Below the pieces are notes generated by a model. That model made no database searches and was not told the DNA's origin. It saw only the letters and a program-made list of their open reading frames with translations. Below, in pieces: positions 28,008 through 37,432 of a stretch of 64,000 nt of DNA; the first letter of the stretch is position 1, and every line of letters starts with the position of its first letter. Both the position numbers and the translations under genes were made by a program. The stretch comes from Deltaproteobacteria bacterium (GTDB lineage Bacteria > Desulfobacterota > Desulfomonilia > UBA1062), in assembly GCA_015486075.1 (NCBI GenBank), contig WFSG01000033.1, forward strand, positions 61,023 to 125,022. The letters run 5' to 3'.

Positions 28008-28568
28008 ATGAATGCTAGATCCTCTACGTTCATGGTGATTGTTTTTACTGCTGTCGTAGCAACGGCATGTGTGCATGTGGATGGTGATATCAGCCTTACA
28101 ATGGAAGGTTGTTCAGACAGGATCGCGAGAGATATTGCTAGGCACGCGATAAAAGAAGATAGACAAATGGGCAGGGCGCTAGTAGCAAGCCCGGTGGATG
28201 CCGTAAGCCTGAGTGCGGGAAAGCTAGGCATCTCTATGCAGGAATTGCTTACAGATGCAATGGTGGCTACCGGGATACACGTCGTTGACGTGGAATTAAG
28301 GGATAGGCCCATTATAAAGAAAGGATCGGGGATTATTTGCCTATCGAGGAACAAGAATAGGCTAAAAAAAGAACTTGCCAAGGCCGACTTTGTTTTAGTG
28401 ACCACGTATATAGTTGGCACTAGAAAGGTTGTATTCACATCAAGACTTGTGGACTTAAAAACAGGCAGCATAATTGCCTCGAGTACTAGGAGTGTTTATA
28501 GATCGTCATCTGTGGATGCCTTGATAGATGACAGCCAAGGTGTTGAAAAGAAGCTCTATGAAAACTAG
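28008..28568 (+). CDS. FlgO-like outer-membrane lipoprotein
   Basis: Lipobox-like VATAC. Pattern 'LVASPVD...LG...QELL...G..VV..EL...G...LSR....L...AD.VLV.TY.......SRLVDL.TG.I.AS' is typical of the FlgO domain. Confidence 0.65.
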   Translation: MNARSSTFMVIVFTAVVATACVHVDGDISLTMEGCSDRIARDIARHAIKEDRQMGRALVASPVDAVSLSAGKLGISMQELLTDAMVATGIHVVDVELRDRPIIKKGSGIICLSRNKNRLKKELAKADFVLVTTYIVGTRKVVFTSRLVDLKTGSIIASSTRSVYRSSSVDALIDDSQGVEKKLYEN

Positions 28569-28590
28569 CTGGTGATTGGTTGGAGCACAT

Positions 28591-29136
28591 GTGAAAAAGA
28601 AGATTATATATACCATTGGTACTGTGTTGCTACTCCTTGGCGGTTGTGCCATCGAAAGACCCTTTTCCAAGCTTGATGATGAGACCCTCATAAACTGGGG
28701 GATCAAGGGGTCATTTGAAAAGGGTGTGGTAGTTTTACCCTTTGACGTGGGCAGATATAACAAGAGATGGAGCACATATTCTGCAAAGAGAATGAAGGAA
28801 TACCTCTTGGAATACGATGCATTCAAGAGGGTGGTCTTCAGGGATAAGCCCGTTTCATCAATCCCATTCGTACTAAAGGGAAACATAGATTACATGTGGT
28901 ATGGTGGGTCATATACACCCTCCATGGTGAGTATCACTATAAGGATTATAAGTGTGCAAGACGGAAGGACAAGATACCTGAAGAGGATGTCCATGTCTTA
29001 CGAGAGAAGGGGGTTCAAGATATCCGGACCAAGCAAGCTCTATCTGTCTTCACCTATTCCAGAGCAATTGCTAGATGGACTACTCATGCACGTGGCAAAG
29101 GACATTGCGAAAGAAACCAACTTACCAGTTAAATAA
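28591..29136 (+). CDS. Hypothetical lipoprotein
   Basis: GTG start behind GGAG. MKKK-hydrophobic-LGGC lipobox. C-terminal 'SITIRIISVQDG' strand pattern resembles CsgG/TolB-N-like folds. Confidence 0.7.
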   Translation: MKKKIIYTIGTVLLLLGGCAIERPFSKLDDETLINWGIKGSFEKGVVVLPFDVGRYNKRWSTYSAKRMKEYLLEYDAFKRVVFRDKPVSSIPFVLKGNIDYMWYGGSYTPSMVSITIRIISVQDGRTRYLKRMSMSYERRGFKISGPSKLYLSSPIPEQLLDGLLMHVAKDIAKETNLPVK

Positions 29137-30288
29137 CTCTCCTGACGTTGTAATTAGGTATGCAAGTCCTTCAGGGCTTATCATGCTCTGCTTTATTGAC
29201 TCTTGTATACCAGTCAGGTCATGCCAGGAGCTTCCATCCCAGTAGTACTTGCCGCACCATACGCGATCAAACAAGTCCTGGTCCAGGGAATCAATTACCT
29301 CTGGTGGTTGCTTGTCAAGCTCGGTACTATTAACTGCAATCACCTTGTCACCATTACTGTTTTCTATCACGCTCCATATGTTTCCATCCGCGTCCTGTAG
29401 GACTGCGTACGTTGGCGTATTTGTTACCTGCTCTTGAGGACTGATCCAAGTGCTTGTGTCATCGTTCATCCTGTATAAGCCGCTATCCGTTGCCACCATA
29501 ATACCTGTATCATATTTCTTTATATCATATACGTGTGAAGTAACAGATGTAGCATTCAGTACATTCGATGTAGGATCATACACAAAGAGACCGTTATCAG
29601 CACCTATTAGTAACACGTCCCCATCTATGCTTAGCCTTGTTATTCCTTTGCATTCGTCAAATGTAGTGGATGCAGATGTGCCGTTACTGTAGTATGTAAG
29701 GCTGTTTTCTCCTGTCTTCGCAGCCCATATCAGCGTTGTAGACTTGTAGCTAGTCTGATCGTACCTATTTTGTATTGCGATGATATCATACCCACCACCC
29801 CAGTTAAGACTGGTATTGCCGCTGTAAGAATAGTATAAGGTGTTGTCCTCGGTGGAAACCCAGACACCGCCTATCTTTACGCCATCCTGTTTTGTCATGC
29901 CAATGGCGCCCTGGGATAGTAAAAGTTTTGTTTCTCTGTCAGAGACGTCCACACTAAAGGGTACTGTCTTTACGTTGCCTGAGTCATCCCTTATGGTGCA
30001 CGTTACCGTGTAAGTCCCTGGTTGTTCCGGGCTTACCCAGAATACCCAGTACTTGCTGGTGGTACTATCCTCTATTGTTCCACCTGATGCTGTCCATGTG
30101 TATTCTACGGGCGGGTTATCTGCAAGTGTATTTACCTGGAAGAGTAACCTCTGGCCAGTGACAGCCGAGTGAGAAGATGTGTTTGCCCTTGTTATCTCTA
30201 TGGATGACGACGACGAACCTGAACACGCGCCTAGGAATAATAATAAGATCGCTAACAGTACATGGTAAGAATGATATGGCCATTTCAT
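29122..30288 (-). CDS. Lipoprotein with Ig/PKD-like domain and probable beta-propeller
   Basis: Lipobox FLGAC + Ser-rich linker, YTWTASGG...PGTYTVTCT, repeated W/IGAD.GL, VAT.SGL propeller-like motifs. Confidence 0.7.
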   Translation of the reverse strand: MKWPYHSYHVLLAILLLFLGACSGSSSSSIEITRANTSSHSAVTGQRLLFQVNTLADNPPVEYTWTASGGTIEDSTTSKYWVFWVSPEQPGTYTVTCTIRDDSGNVKTVPFSVDVSDRETKLLLSQGAIGMTKQDGVKIGGVWVSTEDNTLYYSYSGNTSLNWGGGYDIIAIQNRYDQTSYKSTTLIWAAKTGENSLTYYSNGTSASTTFDECKGITRLSIDGDVLLIGADNGLFVYDPTSNVLNATSVTSHVYDIKKYDTGIMVATDSGLYRMNDDTSTWISPQEQVTNTPTYAVLQDADGNIWSVIENSNGDKVIAVNSTELDKQPPEVIDSLDQDLFDRVWCGKYYWDGSSWHDLTGIQESIKQSMISPEGLAYLITTSGELFNW

Positions 30289-30345
30289 AGGTGCAGACTC
30301 CTACCAGATATACATTGCAAGTTCAAGGTCATAAGAAAGGTAGTC

Positions 30346-31134
30346 TTACTTACCCTGGAACCTTGGGGGTCTTTTCTCGATGAAGGCCTTTGCACCTTCC
30401 TTGAAATCTTCCGATGCCCATGCAATGATCTGGCACATGGATTCGAGCTGTGCCTGGGTCTCCAGGTCGTTTGCCGGGCCTTGCCTTAACAGAAATTTTA
30501 CCATTTCAATCGTTTTAGACGGTCCCCTCGCGAGTGTCTCTGCTATGCCAAATGTCTCCTTCTCAAGGTTGTCTCCGGGTACTACCTTGTTATAGAGGCC
30601 AAGCTCAAAGGCCTCTTTGGCCGAGAGGATTTTACCAAGGTATAGTATCTCGGCTGCCTTCTGATGCCCGAGCTTTCTTGTGAGGAAATAGGAAACTCCG
30701 CTGTCTGGGCAGAATGCAATGTTGATGAAGTTCATGGCGAACCTGGCACTTTCTGAAGCTACTATTATGTCGCCGGAAAGTACAGCAGCACCTGCAGCCC
30801 CTGCAACAGGACCGTTCAGCATCATAATGACTGGCTTCTTTATGTCGTAGATGCTCTTAACAACGCGTGCGGCCAGATCGAATGTCTCCTTTGCCTTTGC
30901 CACGGAATCTATGGAGGCAAGCTCACCGATATCCCCTCCTGCTGAAAAGCCCTTTCCCTTGCCAGTACACACTAGGACTTTTGCCAAGGGATCATTGTTG
31001 AATCGGTCACAGGCATCAATGGTTTCCCTTATAAGCACGGAGTTGAACGCATTCATAGCCTTTTCACGGTTAAGTGTTAGAACAACTATTCCATTATCTC
31101 TTTTCTCGTACAGGATAGAGGTGTATCCTTCCAT
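30346..31134 (-). CDS. Enoyl-CoA hydratase/isomerase family protein
   Basis: LTLNR...NA, FSAGGDI, KPVI..LNG..AGA, PDSGVSYFL, SEDFKEG..AF.EKR.P.F.G. Confidence 0.93.
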   Translation of the reverse strand: MEGYTSILYEKRDNGIVVLTLNREKAMNAFNSVLIRETIDACDRFNNDPLAKVLVCTGKGKGFSAGGDIGELASIDSVAKAKETFDLAARVVKSIYDIKKPVIMMLNGPVAGAAGAAVLSGDIIVASESARFAMNFINIAFCPDSGVSYFLTRKLGHQKAAEILYLGKILSAKEAFELGLYNKVVPGDNLEKETFGIAETLARGPSKTIEMVKFLLRQGPANDLETQAQLESMCQIIAWASEDFKEGAKAFIEKRPPRFQGK

Positions 31135-31326
31135 AGGATTCTCCTAACTTAACATGATTTCTTATAAGTATAAAACACAAAGGTCCAACCTGTAAAGGTA
31201 TTATGGTTTTCCCGTGGCCTGGATTTCCAAAGGGATCCTGCGCTACGCATACATATTATTGCCATAATGTAGGTAACCTGATAAAATCGAGGATAACGAT
31301 TGTTTAAACCCTGGGGTGAAAAAGAC

Positions 31327-32979
31327 ATGATGCTTGGAATCGACGTGGGGGGCACTCACACAGACGCTGTATGCATTGACAACGGCTCTATCATATCAAC
31401 TGTAAAGAGGCTTACACATACACAGGACCTGGTGAGCTCAATAGTGGATGCTGTAGAGGGCCTTGATGTGGATGTGGAGAGAGTGGAAAGGGTGGTTTTG
31501 TCCACCACACTCGCTACCAACAGTATAGTCGAAGATAGGCTGGGACCCACAGGCATGATAGTGTCTGGAGGCCCGGGCATTGATCCAAGGGAGTACTTTC
31601 TGGATGAAAACTTTTACCTTGTTAAGGGCGCCATTGATCATAGGGGTAGACAATACCAAGAATTGGCTGAAAAAGATGTGATTGATGTGGGCAGACGGTT
31701 GAAGGCCCGTTCCATTGAGGGTATAGGAATAGTATCCAAGTTTTCTGTCAGGAATCCCTTGCATGAAAACAGGATTCACTCCATTTTGACCGAAGATTTC
31801 AGGTATACTTCTATGGGACACCAGATGAGTGGAAGTCTTAATTTCCCAAGAAGGATATTTACCACGTACTTCAACACGGCCGTGATGCCAGTGCAACACA
31901 GGTTTTTGGAATCCGTAGGCATGGCATTGAGAGATATGGGAATATATACAGACATGCTTATTTTAAAGGCAGATGGGGGTACAATAACATATAATAGTGC
32001 CTTCAACCTACCTGTCGAGACGATACTCTCAGGACCTGCTGCGAGTATCATGGGTGCGGTTGCACTTACAGGCGAGAGAGGTACCGCACTTGTTCTGGAC
32101 ATAGGCGGTACCACCACTGACATGGGTGTGCTTGCCGGTGGTGTACCATTGATGCAACCTAGGGGGGTGGACATAGGTGGCAAAAAGACACTTGTAAGGG
32201 GGTTGGAGTTGTTATCCCTTGGTGTTGCCGGCGATTCGAGAGTGATACTAGAGGATGGAAATGTCCGTATAGGGCCTACTAGGGTAGGGCCACCTGCATG
32301 TCTTGGCGGTGAATTACCCACGCCCACGGATGCCCTTTCAGTAGTAGGTCTATTTGATGAAGGGGAGAAAGAAAGGGCAAGGAAGGCCCTTTCTGACATG
32401 TCTCGTGAGATGAATAAGAGCGTTGAGGATGTAGCCAGATTAGTAATAAAGACATTCTGCCATGAACTTAAGGATGCTGCCATCAGGTTTATCAACGAGC
32501 TCAATTCAAGGCCTGTTTACACCATACATGACATGATATACCCTGAAGTCATAAGGCCCGAAGGCATAATAGTGGTAGGAGGTCCGGCAGGGAGCCTTTG
32601 TTCTTTGCTGGAGGACACGTTTGGTATTCCCTGCAAGGTACCCAGATATTACGAGGTGGCAAATGCCGTGGGTGCTTGCTTGGCACGCACTACAGTCAGG
32701 ATAACACTCCTGGCAGATACCTACTTAGGCAAATTGCTTTGTCCAGAGATGGACATTGAGGAAGATATACCAGGAAATTACAGCCCGGATGACGTCAAGG
32801 CCTTTGGCATGGAAAGGCTTGATGAACTTTACGAGTACCTGGGTATGAAGGACAGACCAGAGACAGATGTCGTGGAAGAGCAGAGCTTTAACATGGTAAG
32901 GGGTTTCAGGACCGTCGGGAAGAACATTCGGATGAGACTTCAGACCAGGCCAGGTGTTCTACCCTTGTCGGAGATGTGA
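31327..32979 (+). CDS. Hydantoinase/oxoprolinase family protein (HyuA-like, ASKHA ATPase)
   Basis: GIDVGGTHTD, STTLATN, SGPAAS, DIGGTTTD, PTPTDAL, ANAVGA. Confidence 0.9.
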   Translation: MMLGIDVGGTHTDAVCIDNGSIISTVKRLTHTQDLVSSIVDAVEGLDVDVERVERVVLSTTLATNSIVEDRLGPTGMIVSGGPGIDPREYFLDENFYLVKGAIDHRGRQYQELAEKDVIDVGRRLKARSIEGIGIVSKFSVRNPLHENRIHSILTEDFRYTSMGHQMSGSLNFPRRIFTTYFNTAVMPVQHRFLESVGMALRDMGIYTDMLILKADGGTITYNSAFNLPVETILSGPAASIMGAVALTGERGTALVLDIGGTTTDMGVLAGGVPLMQPRGVDIGGKKTLVRGLELLSLGVAGDSRVILEDGNVRIGPTRVGPPACLGGELPTPTDALSVVGLFDEGEKERARKALSDMSREMNKSVEDVARLVIKTFCHELKDAAIRFINELNSRPVYTIHDMIYPEVIRPEGIIVVGGPAGSLCSLLEDTFGIPCKVPRYYEVANAVGACLARTTVRITLLADTYLGKLLCPEMDIEEDIPGNYSPDDVKAFGMERLDELYEYLGMKDRPETDVVEEQSFNMVRGFRTVGKNIRMRLQTRPGVLPLSEM

Positions 32980-34292
32980 TGAAGGCGACTAATAGTACGG
33001 GTCTTATCTTTTTCCCTGCCTATGACTGGGAGATCTCCCCCACTCACCCCGAGAGGCAAGAGAGGTTGCTATATACTCAGGACCAGATTATGGAGGAGGG
33101 CCTGCTGGACATAGAAGGCATTCATGAGTTCAAGGCTGGTTTTGCAACAGAACACGACATCCAGAGGGTACATTTCTGCATCCCGGACGTGGCATCCAGG
33201 ATTACCCCCTCTCATAACATCTCAGCAGGAGGATGCATAGAGGCGGCAAGGCATGTCCTTGATGGTGACGTTGATAAGGCATTTGCCCTTGTTAGGCCGC
33301 CCGGTCATCACTCCATGCGCGTGGTCCACGGGGCAAGGGGGTTCTGCAACATCAACATAGAAGCCATAATGGTGGAATGGATAAGGTTCAACTATCCTCA
33401 CGTAAAGAAAATAGCCATCGTGGATACAGACTGCCACCACGGTGATGGCTCCCAGGATATATACTGGCATGACCCTAATGTACTTTACATATCCCTTCAC
33501 CAGGACGGCAGGACCCTGTACCCGGGTAGTGGTTTTCCAGACGAGTTTGGAGGACCAAATGCACTTGGTATGACGGTGAACGTGCCTTTACCCCCGAGAA
33601 CAAGCGATAAAGGCTATCTTTCCGTTATCGAAAACCTGGTGTTGCCTATCTTGGACGAATTTAAACCTGACCTTGTAATAAACTCCGCTGGTCAAGACAA
33701 CCACTACTCTGATCCCATAACCGACATGGCATTCACCGCAGGTGGCTATGCAAGGCTTAACGAAATGCTATCGCCAGACATATGCGTGCTCGAAGGAGGG
33801 TACTCAATAGAGGCAGCACTCCCCTATGTTAATACCGGTATCATATTGGCACTTGCAGGCCTTGATTATTCTTACGTGCAAGAGCCTGACTTGGATATTA
33901 AGAGCATAAGGGAGGAGCAGAGGATACTGGATTACATATACCGTCTAACAGACGGTATATTCGAGAACTGGCACAAGAGGAACGAGTTAAGGTCTGAATA
34001 CTATGCGAAAAAGGAGTATTTTCAGAGAAACAAGTCCATATATTACGACACAGACGGGATATCAGAATCCCAGGTCGAAGTGGTCAGGGTATGTGACAGA
34101 TGCCCTGGTGTCTTTAAAATAGATTCCCAGGCCTCAACAGGATACAGGATACTTGGCATACATATTCCGAGGGGTGCCTGCCAGGAGTGCAAACACAAGG
34201 GTCTTGAGTGGTTCAGCGAGGCATCTGGACCGTACTATGGTGTGTACCTGCAGGACATGGATGCCGATGAATACCAGGTGAGATTGTTGTGA
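32976..34292 (+). CDS. Histone deacetylase-family amidohydrolase with C-terminal Cys cluster
   Basis: HPE..ER, RPPGHH, GFC, DTDCHHGDG, SLHQ...YPG.G, AGQD, EGGY. Tail with CDRC/CQEC. Confidence 0.92.
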   Translation: MMKATNSTGLIFFPAYDWEISPTHPERQERLLYTQDQIMEEGLLDIEGIHEFKAGFATEHDIQRVHFCIPDVASRITPSHNISAGGCIEAARHVLDGDVDKAFALVRPPGHHSMRVVHGARGFCNINIEAIMVEWIRFNYPHVKKIAIVDTDCHHGDGSQDIYWHDPNVLYISLHQDGRTLYPGSGFPDEFGGPNALGMTVNVPLPPRTSDKGYLSVIENLVLPILDEFKPDLVINSAGQDNHYSDPITDMAFTAGGYARLNEMLSPDICVLEGGYSIEAALPYVNTGIILALAGLDYSYVQEPDLDIKSIREEQRILDYIYRLTDGIFENWHKRNELRSEYYAKKEYFQRNKSIYYDTDGISESQVEVVRVCDRCPGVFKIDSQASTGYRILGIHIPRGACQECKHKGLEWFSEASGPYYGVYLQDMDADEYQVRLL

Positions 34293-35185
34293 GGTGGAGA
34301 AAGAAAAAACGTGTTGCCCTTGCCCTGGGGGCCGGAGGCGCAAGAGGGATTGCCCACATAGGCGTATTAAGGGCTCTTGAAGAGGAGAGGATACCTATTG
34401 ATTGCATAGTGGGATCGTCCTTTGGCGCGATAGTTGGCGCCATTTACAGCATATCAATGGATTCCAGGAAGGTGGAAACTAGGATAAGGAACTATATACG
34501 TTCCCCTAGCTTCAAGGATACAATGGATGAGATAGAATCCATAGAAAACGAGACATCAAGAGGTTTCTTGGAGAGGATACATTCTAGTCTAAAACGCGGT
34601 TATTTCTACACCAGGGCATTGAGCAGAAAGTCTATCCTTACGCCCGAGACATTTGTGAAGAATATGAAGATACTCATTGGGGACGAGTCTTTCAAGGATA
34701 TGCATATTCCTTTCAAGTGCCTGAGCGTTGATCTTATAACAGGTAATCCCATTGGCCTAGACGAGGGCGACCTGAGTCTTGCACTCCAGGCAAGCTCTGC
34801 GACACCAGGTTTCTTTCCCCCGGTTAGGTTGAACAATATGTTGCTCGTGGATGGTGGTGTAGCAGAGATGGTGCCTTTATATCTCGCAAGGACATTTAAT
34901 CCCGACTATGTAGTTGGCGTGGACGTGACTAGGGATATCTTGCCGATACAGGACCCGGACGAGGAGATATCGCACAGTCTTGATATTGTATTTAGGTGTT
35001 ACGATATCTCAAGGGACTTCATGAATATATATGAATCAAGGGAAGTGGATTGCATAATAAGGCCAGACATAGGTTCATACAGCTGGACAGACTTCGAACT
35101 CTTCGACACCTTTGTAAGGGAAGGCTACTTAGCAGCTCGCAGGAAGATGAGGGTATTAAAGAAGGATATTTACTGGACTTGTTAA
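34289..35185 (+). CDS. Patatin-like phospholipase
   Basis: ALGAGGARG.AHIG, GSSFG nucleophile, DGG. Confidence 0.92.
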   Translation: MRWRKKKRVALALGAGGARGIAHIGVLRALEEERIPIDCIVGSSFGAIVGAIYSISMDSRKVETRIRNYIRSPSFKDTMDEIESIENETSRGFLERIHSSLKRGYFYTRALSRKSILTPETFVKNMKILIGDESFKDMHIPFKCLSVDLITGNPIGLDEGDLSLALQASSATPGFFPPVRLNNMLLVDGGVAEMVPLYLARTFNPDYVVGVDVTRDILPIQDPDEEISHSLDIVFRCYDISRDFMNIYESREVDCIIRPDIGSYSWTDFELFDTFVREGYLAARRKMRVLKKDIYWTC

Positions 35186-35210
35186 GTCTGTGGCATAACT
35201 AGGTCACCTA

Positions 35211-36167
35211 ATGGATGCAGGCATTGATACTGTGGCTTCTTTAGCAAAAAAACTGAAGGGCTGGGTCATCCTTTCCAGACCCCCATTTCATACAGTGGGC
35301 ATATTGCCCTTTGTCCTGGGCACGATCATTGCTTGGCGTTCAAACATGATGTTCAGGATGGACGTGTTTCTGGTTGGAGTGGTCGCGGTAGTCTTGATCA
35401 TGCTTTCTACGTACTATGCAGGTGAATACTATGACCTAAAGGGTGATATCCTCTCTGCAAAGATGGGAAGAAATATCTTCTCCGGCGGATCCCAGGCAAT
35501 AGTAGTGGGGATGATTAGACCTGAGCATGCAAGACAGGCAAGCTATGTTGCCCTTTTGCTTGCAGTTCTTCTTGGCCTGGTACTCCAGTTTTATTACAGT
35601 ACAGGACCATGGACCATACCACTTGGACTGCTTGGACTGGTTGGTGGTTTTTTTTATTCAACCGAGCCCATACGGTGGGTAAGAAGGGGGGTAGGGGAGG
35701 TCCTTATTGGCATATGTTATGGCTGGCTACCAGTTGCAGCAGGCTGCTATATCCAGGCTTCTTCCTTATCACCCCTTGTCCAGTGGGTATCCGTACCAAT
35801 TGCCTGTTCCATATTTAACGTTATCCTAATAAATGAATTTCCTGATTACCCGGCAGACCTTATCGAGGGAAAGGCAAACATTGTTGTGAGAACGGGTAAG
35901 AAAGTCTCATCTTTGCTATATGTCGTAGTGGTAGTACTAGAGCTTGTTACCTTTCCACTACCTATACTAAAAGGCTTGTCAATAAATTTGCTCTTTTTCT
36001 ACCCTGTTGTAATTGGTATAGCCTTACCGGCTGGCATAATGGCACTTAAAGGCATGTACGATGACGCGAAAAGCCTTGAGCTTATGTGTGCATTAACGCT
36101 ATGTACAAACCTAGTTATATCAGGTCTCTATACTATAGTGACCTGGGTATGGGGGATAATTACATGA
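35211..36167 (+). CDS. UbiA-superfamily prenyltransferase, MenA-like
   Basis: Multi-TM. RPPFHTV..LPF.LG, EYYD...D, GGS, FFYST.P, NEFPD..AD...GK.N.VVR.G. Confidence 0.82.
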   Translation: MDAGIDTVASLAKKLKGWVILSRPPFHTVGILPFVLGTIIAWRSNMMFRMDVFLVGVVAVVLIMLSTYYAGEYYDLKGDILSAKMGRNIFSGGSQAIVVGMIRPEHARQASYVALLLAVLLGLVLQFYYSTGPWTIPLGLLGLVGGFFYSTEPIRWVRRGVGEVLIGICYGWLPVAAGCYIQASSLSPLVQWVSVPIACSIFNVILINEFPDYPADLIEGKANIVVRTGKKVSSLLYVVVVVLELVTFPLPILKGLSINLLFFYPVVIGIALPAGIMALKGMYDDAKSLELMCALTLCTNLVISGLYTIVTWVWGIIT

Positions 36168-37384
36168 AGATGAAGGACATACTTTCTTGGCCTCTCAAGT
36201 CTATCTTCTGGCCTCCAGGGCTGGTAGCTAGGCAGCTGGGGAGCGTCATCTATTTCAGTTACCTCGTGGGTTGGAGAGGCTTTGGTCCCTGGCTTGTCAG
36301 GCACAGCATAGAGTCCCTTCCAATAGCGGCCGGTGCCATTGGCATGGGGTGCATTGGTTATCCTAATCACCCTGCCTGGGAGGTGACAAATGCATGCAAC
36401 CTGAACTGTATACATTGTCATGTAAGAGCAGACAAGCCCACTAGTGATGAACTCTCAACCTCCGAGGCAAAGAGACTTATCGACGAGTTTGCATCGGTTA
36501 ACGAATTCAGAATGCTTGTATACACGGGTGGTGAACCCCTGGTGCGTGGCGACATATTTGAGTTGTTGAATCATTCAAAGAAGGCTGGCCTAGCAAATGT
36601 GCTTGCTACCAATGGTACACTGATAAACGAGGACATGGCATTTAGGCTCAAGGATGCCGGGGTTGTAGCTGCAGCCGTCAGTCTCGATTCCCCTAAGAGG
36701 GATGTGCATAACTATATAAGGCAGAATAACAAGGCATATGACCTTGCCATGAGAGGAATAAGGGCATTAAGAAATGCTGGCATATCTTTACAGATAAACG
36801 TAACAGCAATGAAGTATAACCTTGATGATCTGGATGAACTTATTGATATTGCAGACGGGATGGGCTCATCCATCATGCTTATGTACCAGCTTGTACCAGT
36901 TGGAAGGGGAAATTCAATCGAGGATGCCAGCCTGAAAACAAGGGAAAACGAGAGCCTGCTGAGACTTCTAAAGGACAAACAAAGGTATATCTCCACCATA
37001 GTGGAACCTGTTGCAGGGCCGCAATACTGGCCTTATCTGATGGAAAGCAAAGGACTTACCAATGGGGCATGGCTAACGATGGCAGAGAAAGTTTTTCACG
37101 GCTGTGCAGCTGGAAGGGGCTTTGTCTATGTAAAGGCAAACGGTGATGTATGGCCATGTCCATTTGTAGAGGTTAATGCTGGTAATGTGCGTGAAGACTC
37201 TTTTGTTAACATATGGCGTGACAGCAAGGTATTCAGGGACTTGAGGAACAGGGAGCAAACATTGAAAGGCAAATGTGGCGAGTGCAAATACAGAACAATC
37301 TGTGGTGGGTGTAGGGGTCGTGCCATGGCATATACAGGGGATTATCTTGCAGAAGACCCGTCATGTTTTCTCTCAGGCAAATGA
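36164..37384 (+). CDS. Radical SAM/SPASM protein (AhbD/NirJ/PqqE-like)
   Basis: WEVTNACNLNCIHC, YTGGEPL, TNGTL, SLD, CAAG...NGDV.PCP, CGECKY..ICGGCRGRA...GD....DP.C. ATGA overlap with menA-like gene. Confidence 0.9.
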   Translation: MKMKDILSWPLKSIFWPPGLVARQLGSVIYFSYLVGWRGFGPWLVRHSIESLPIAAGAIGMGCIGYPNHPAWEVTNACNLNCIHCHVRADKPTSDELSTSEAKRLIDEFASVNEFRMLVYTGGEPLVRGDIFELLNHSKKAGLANVLATNGTLINEDMAFRLKDAGVVAAAVSLDSPKRDVHNYIRQNNKAYDLAMRGIRALRNAGISLQINVTAMKYNLDDLDELIDIADGMGSSIMLMYQLVPVGRGNSIEDASLKTRENESLLRLLKDKQRYISTIVEPVAGPQYWPYLMESKGLTNGAWLTMAEKVFHGCAAGRGFVYVKANGDVWPCPFVEVNAGNVREDSFVNIWRDSKVFRDLRNREQTLKGKCGECKYRTICGGCRGRAMAYTGDYLAEDPSCFLSGK

Positions 37385-37432
37385 TGTCAAGAATGACTTC
37401 TCTTTGAAATGTTTAATAAAGCGCTTTTGTTC

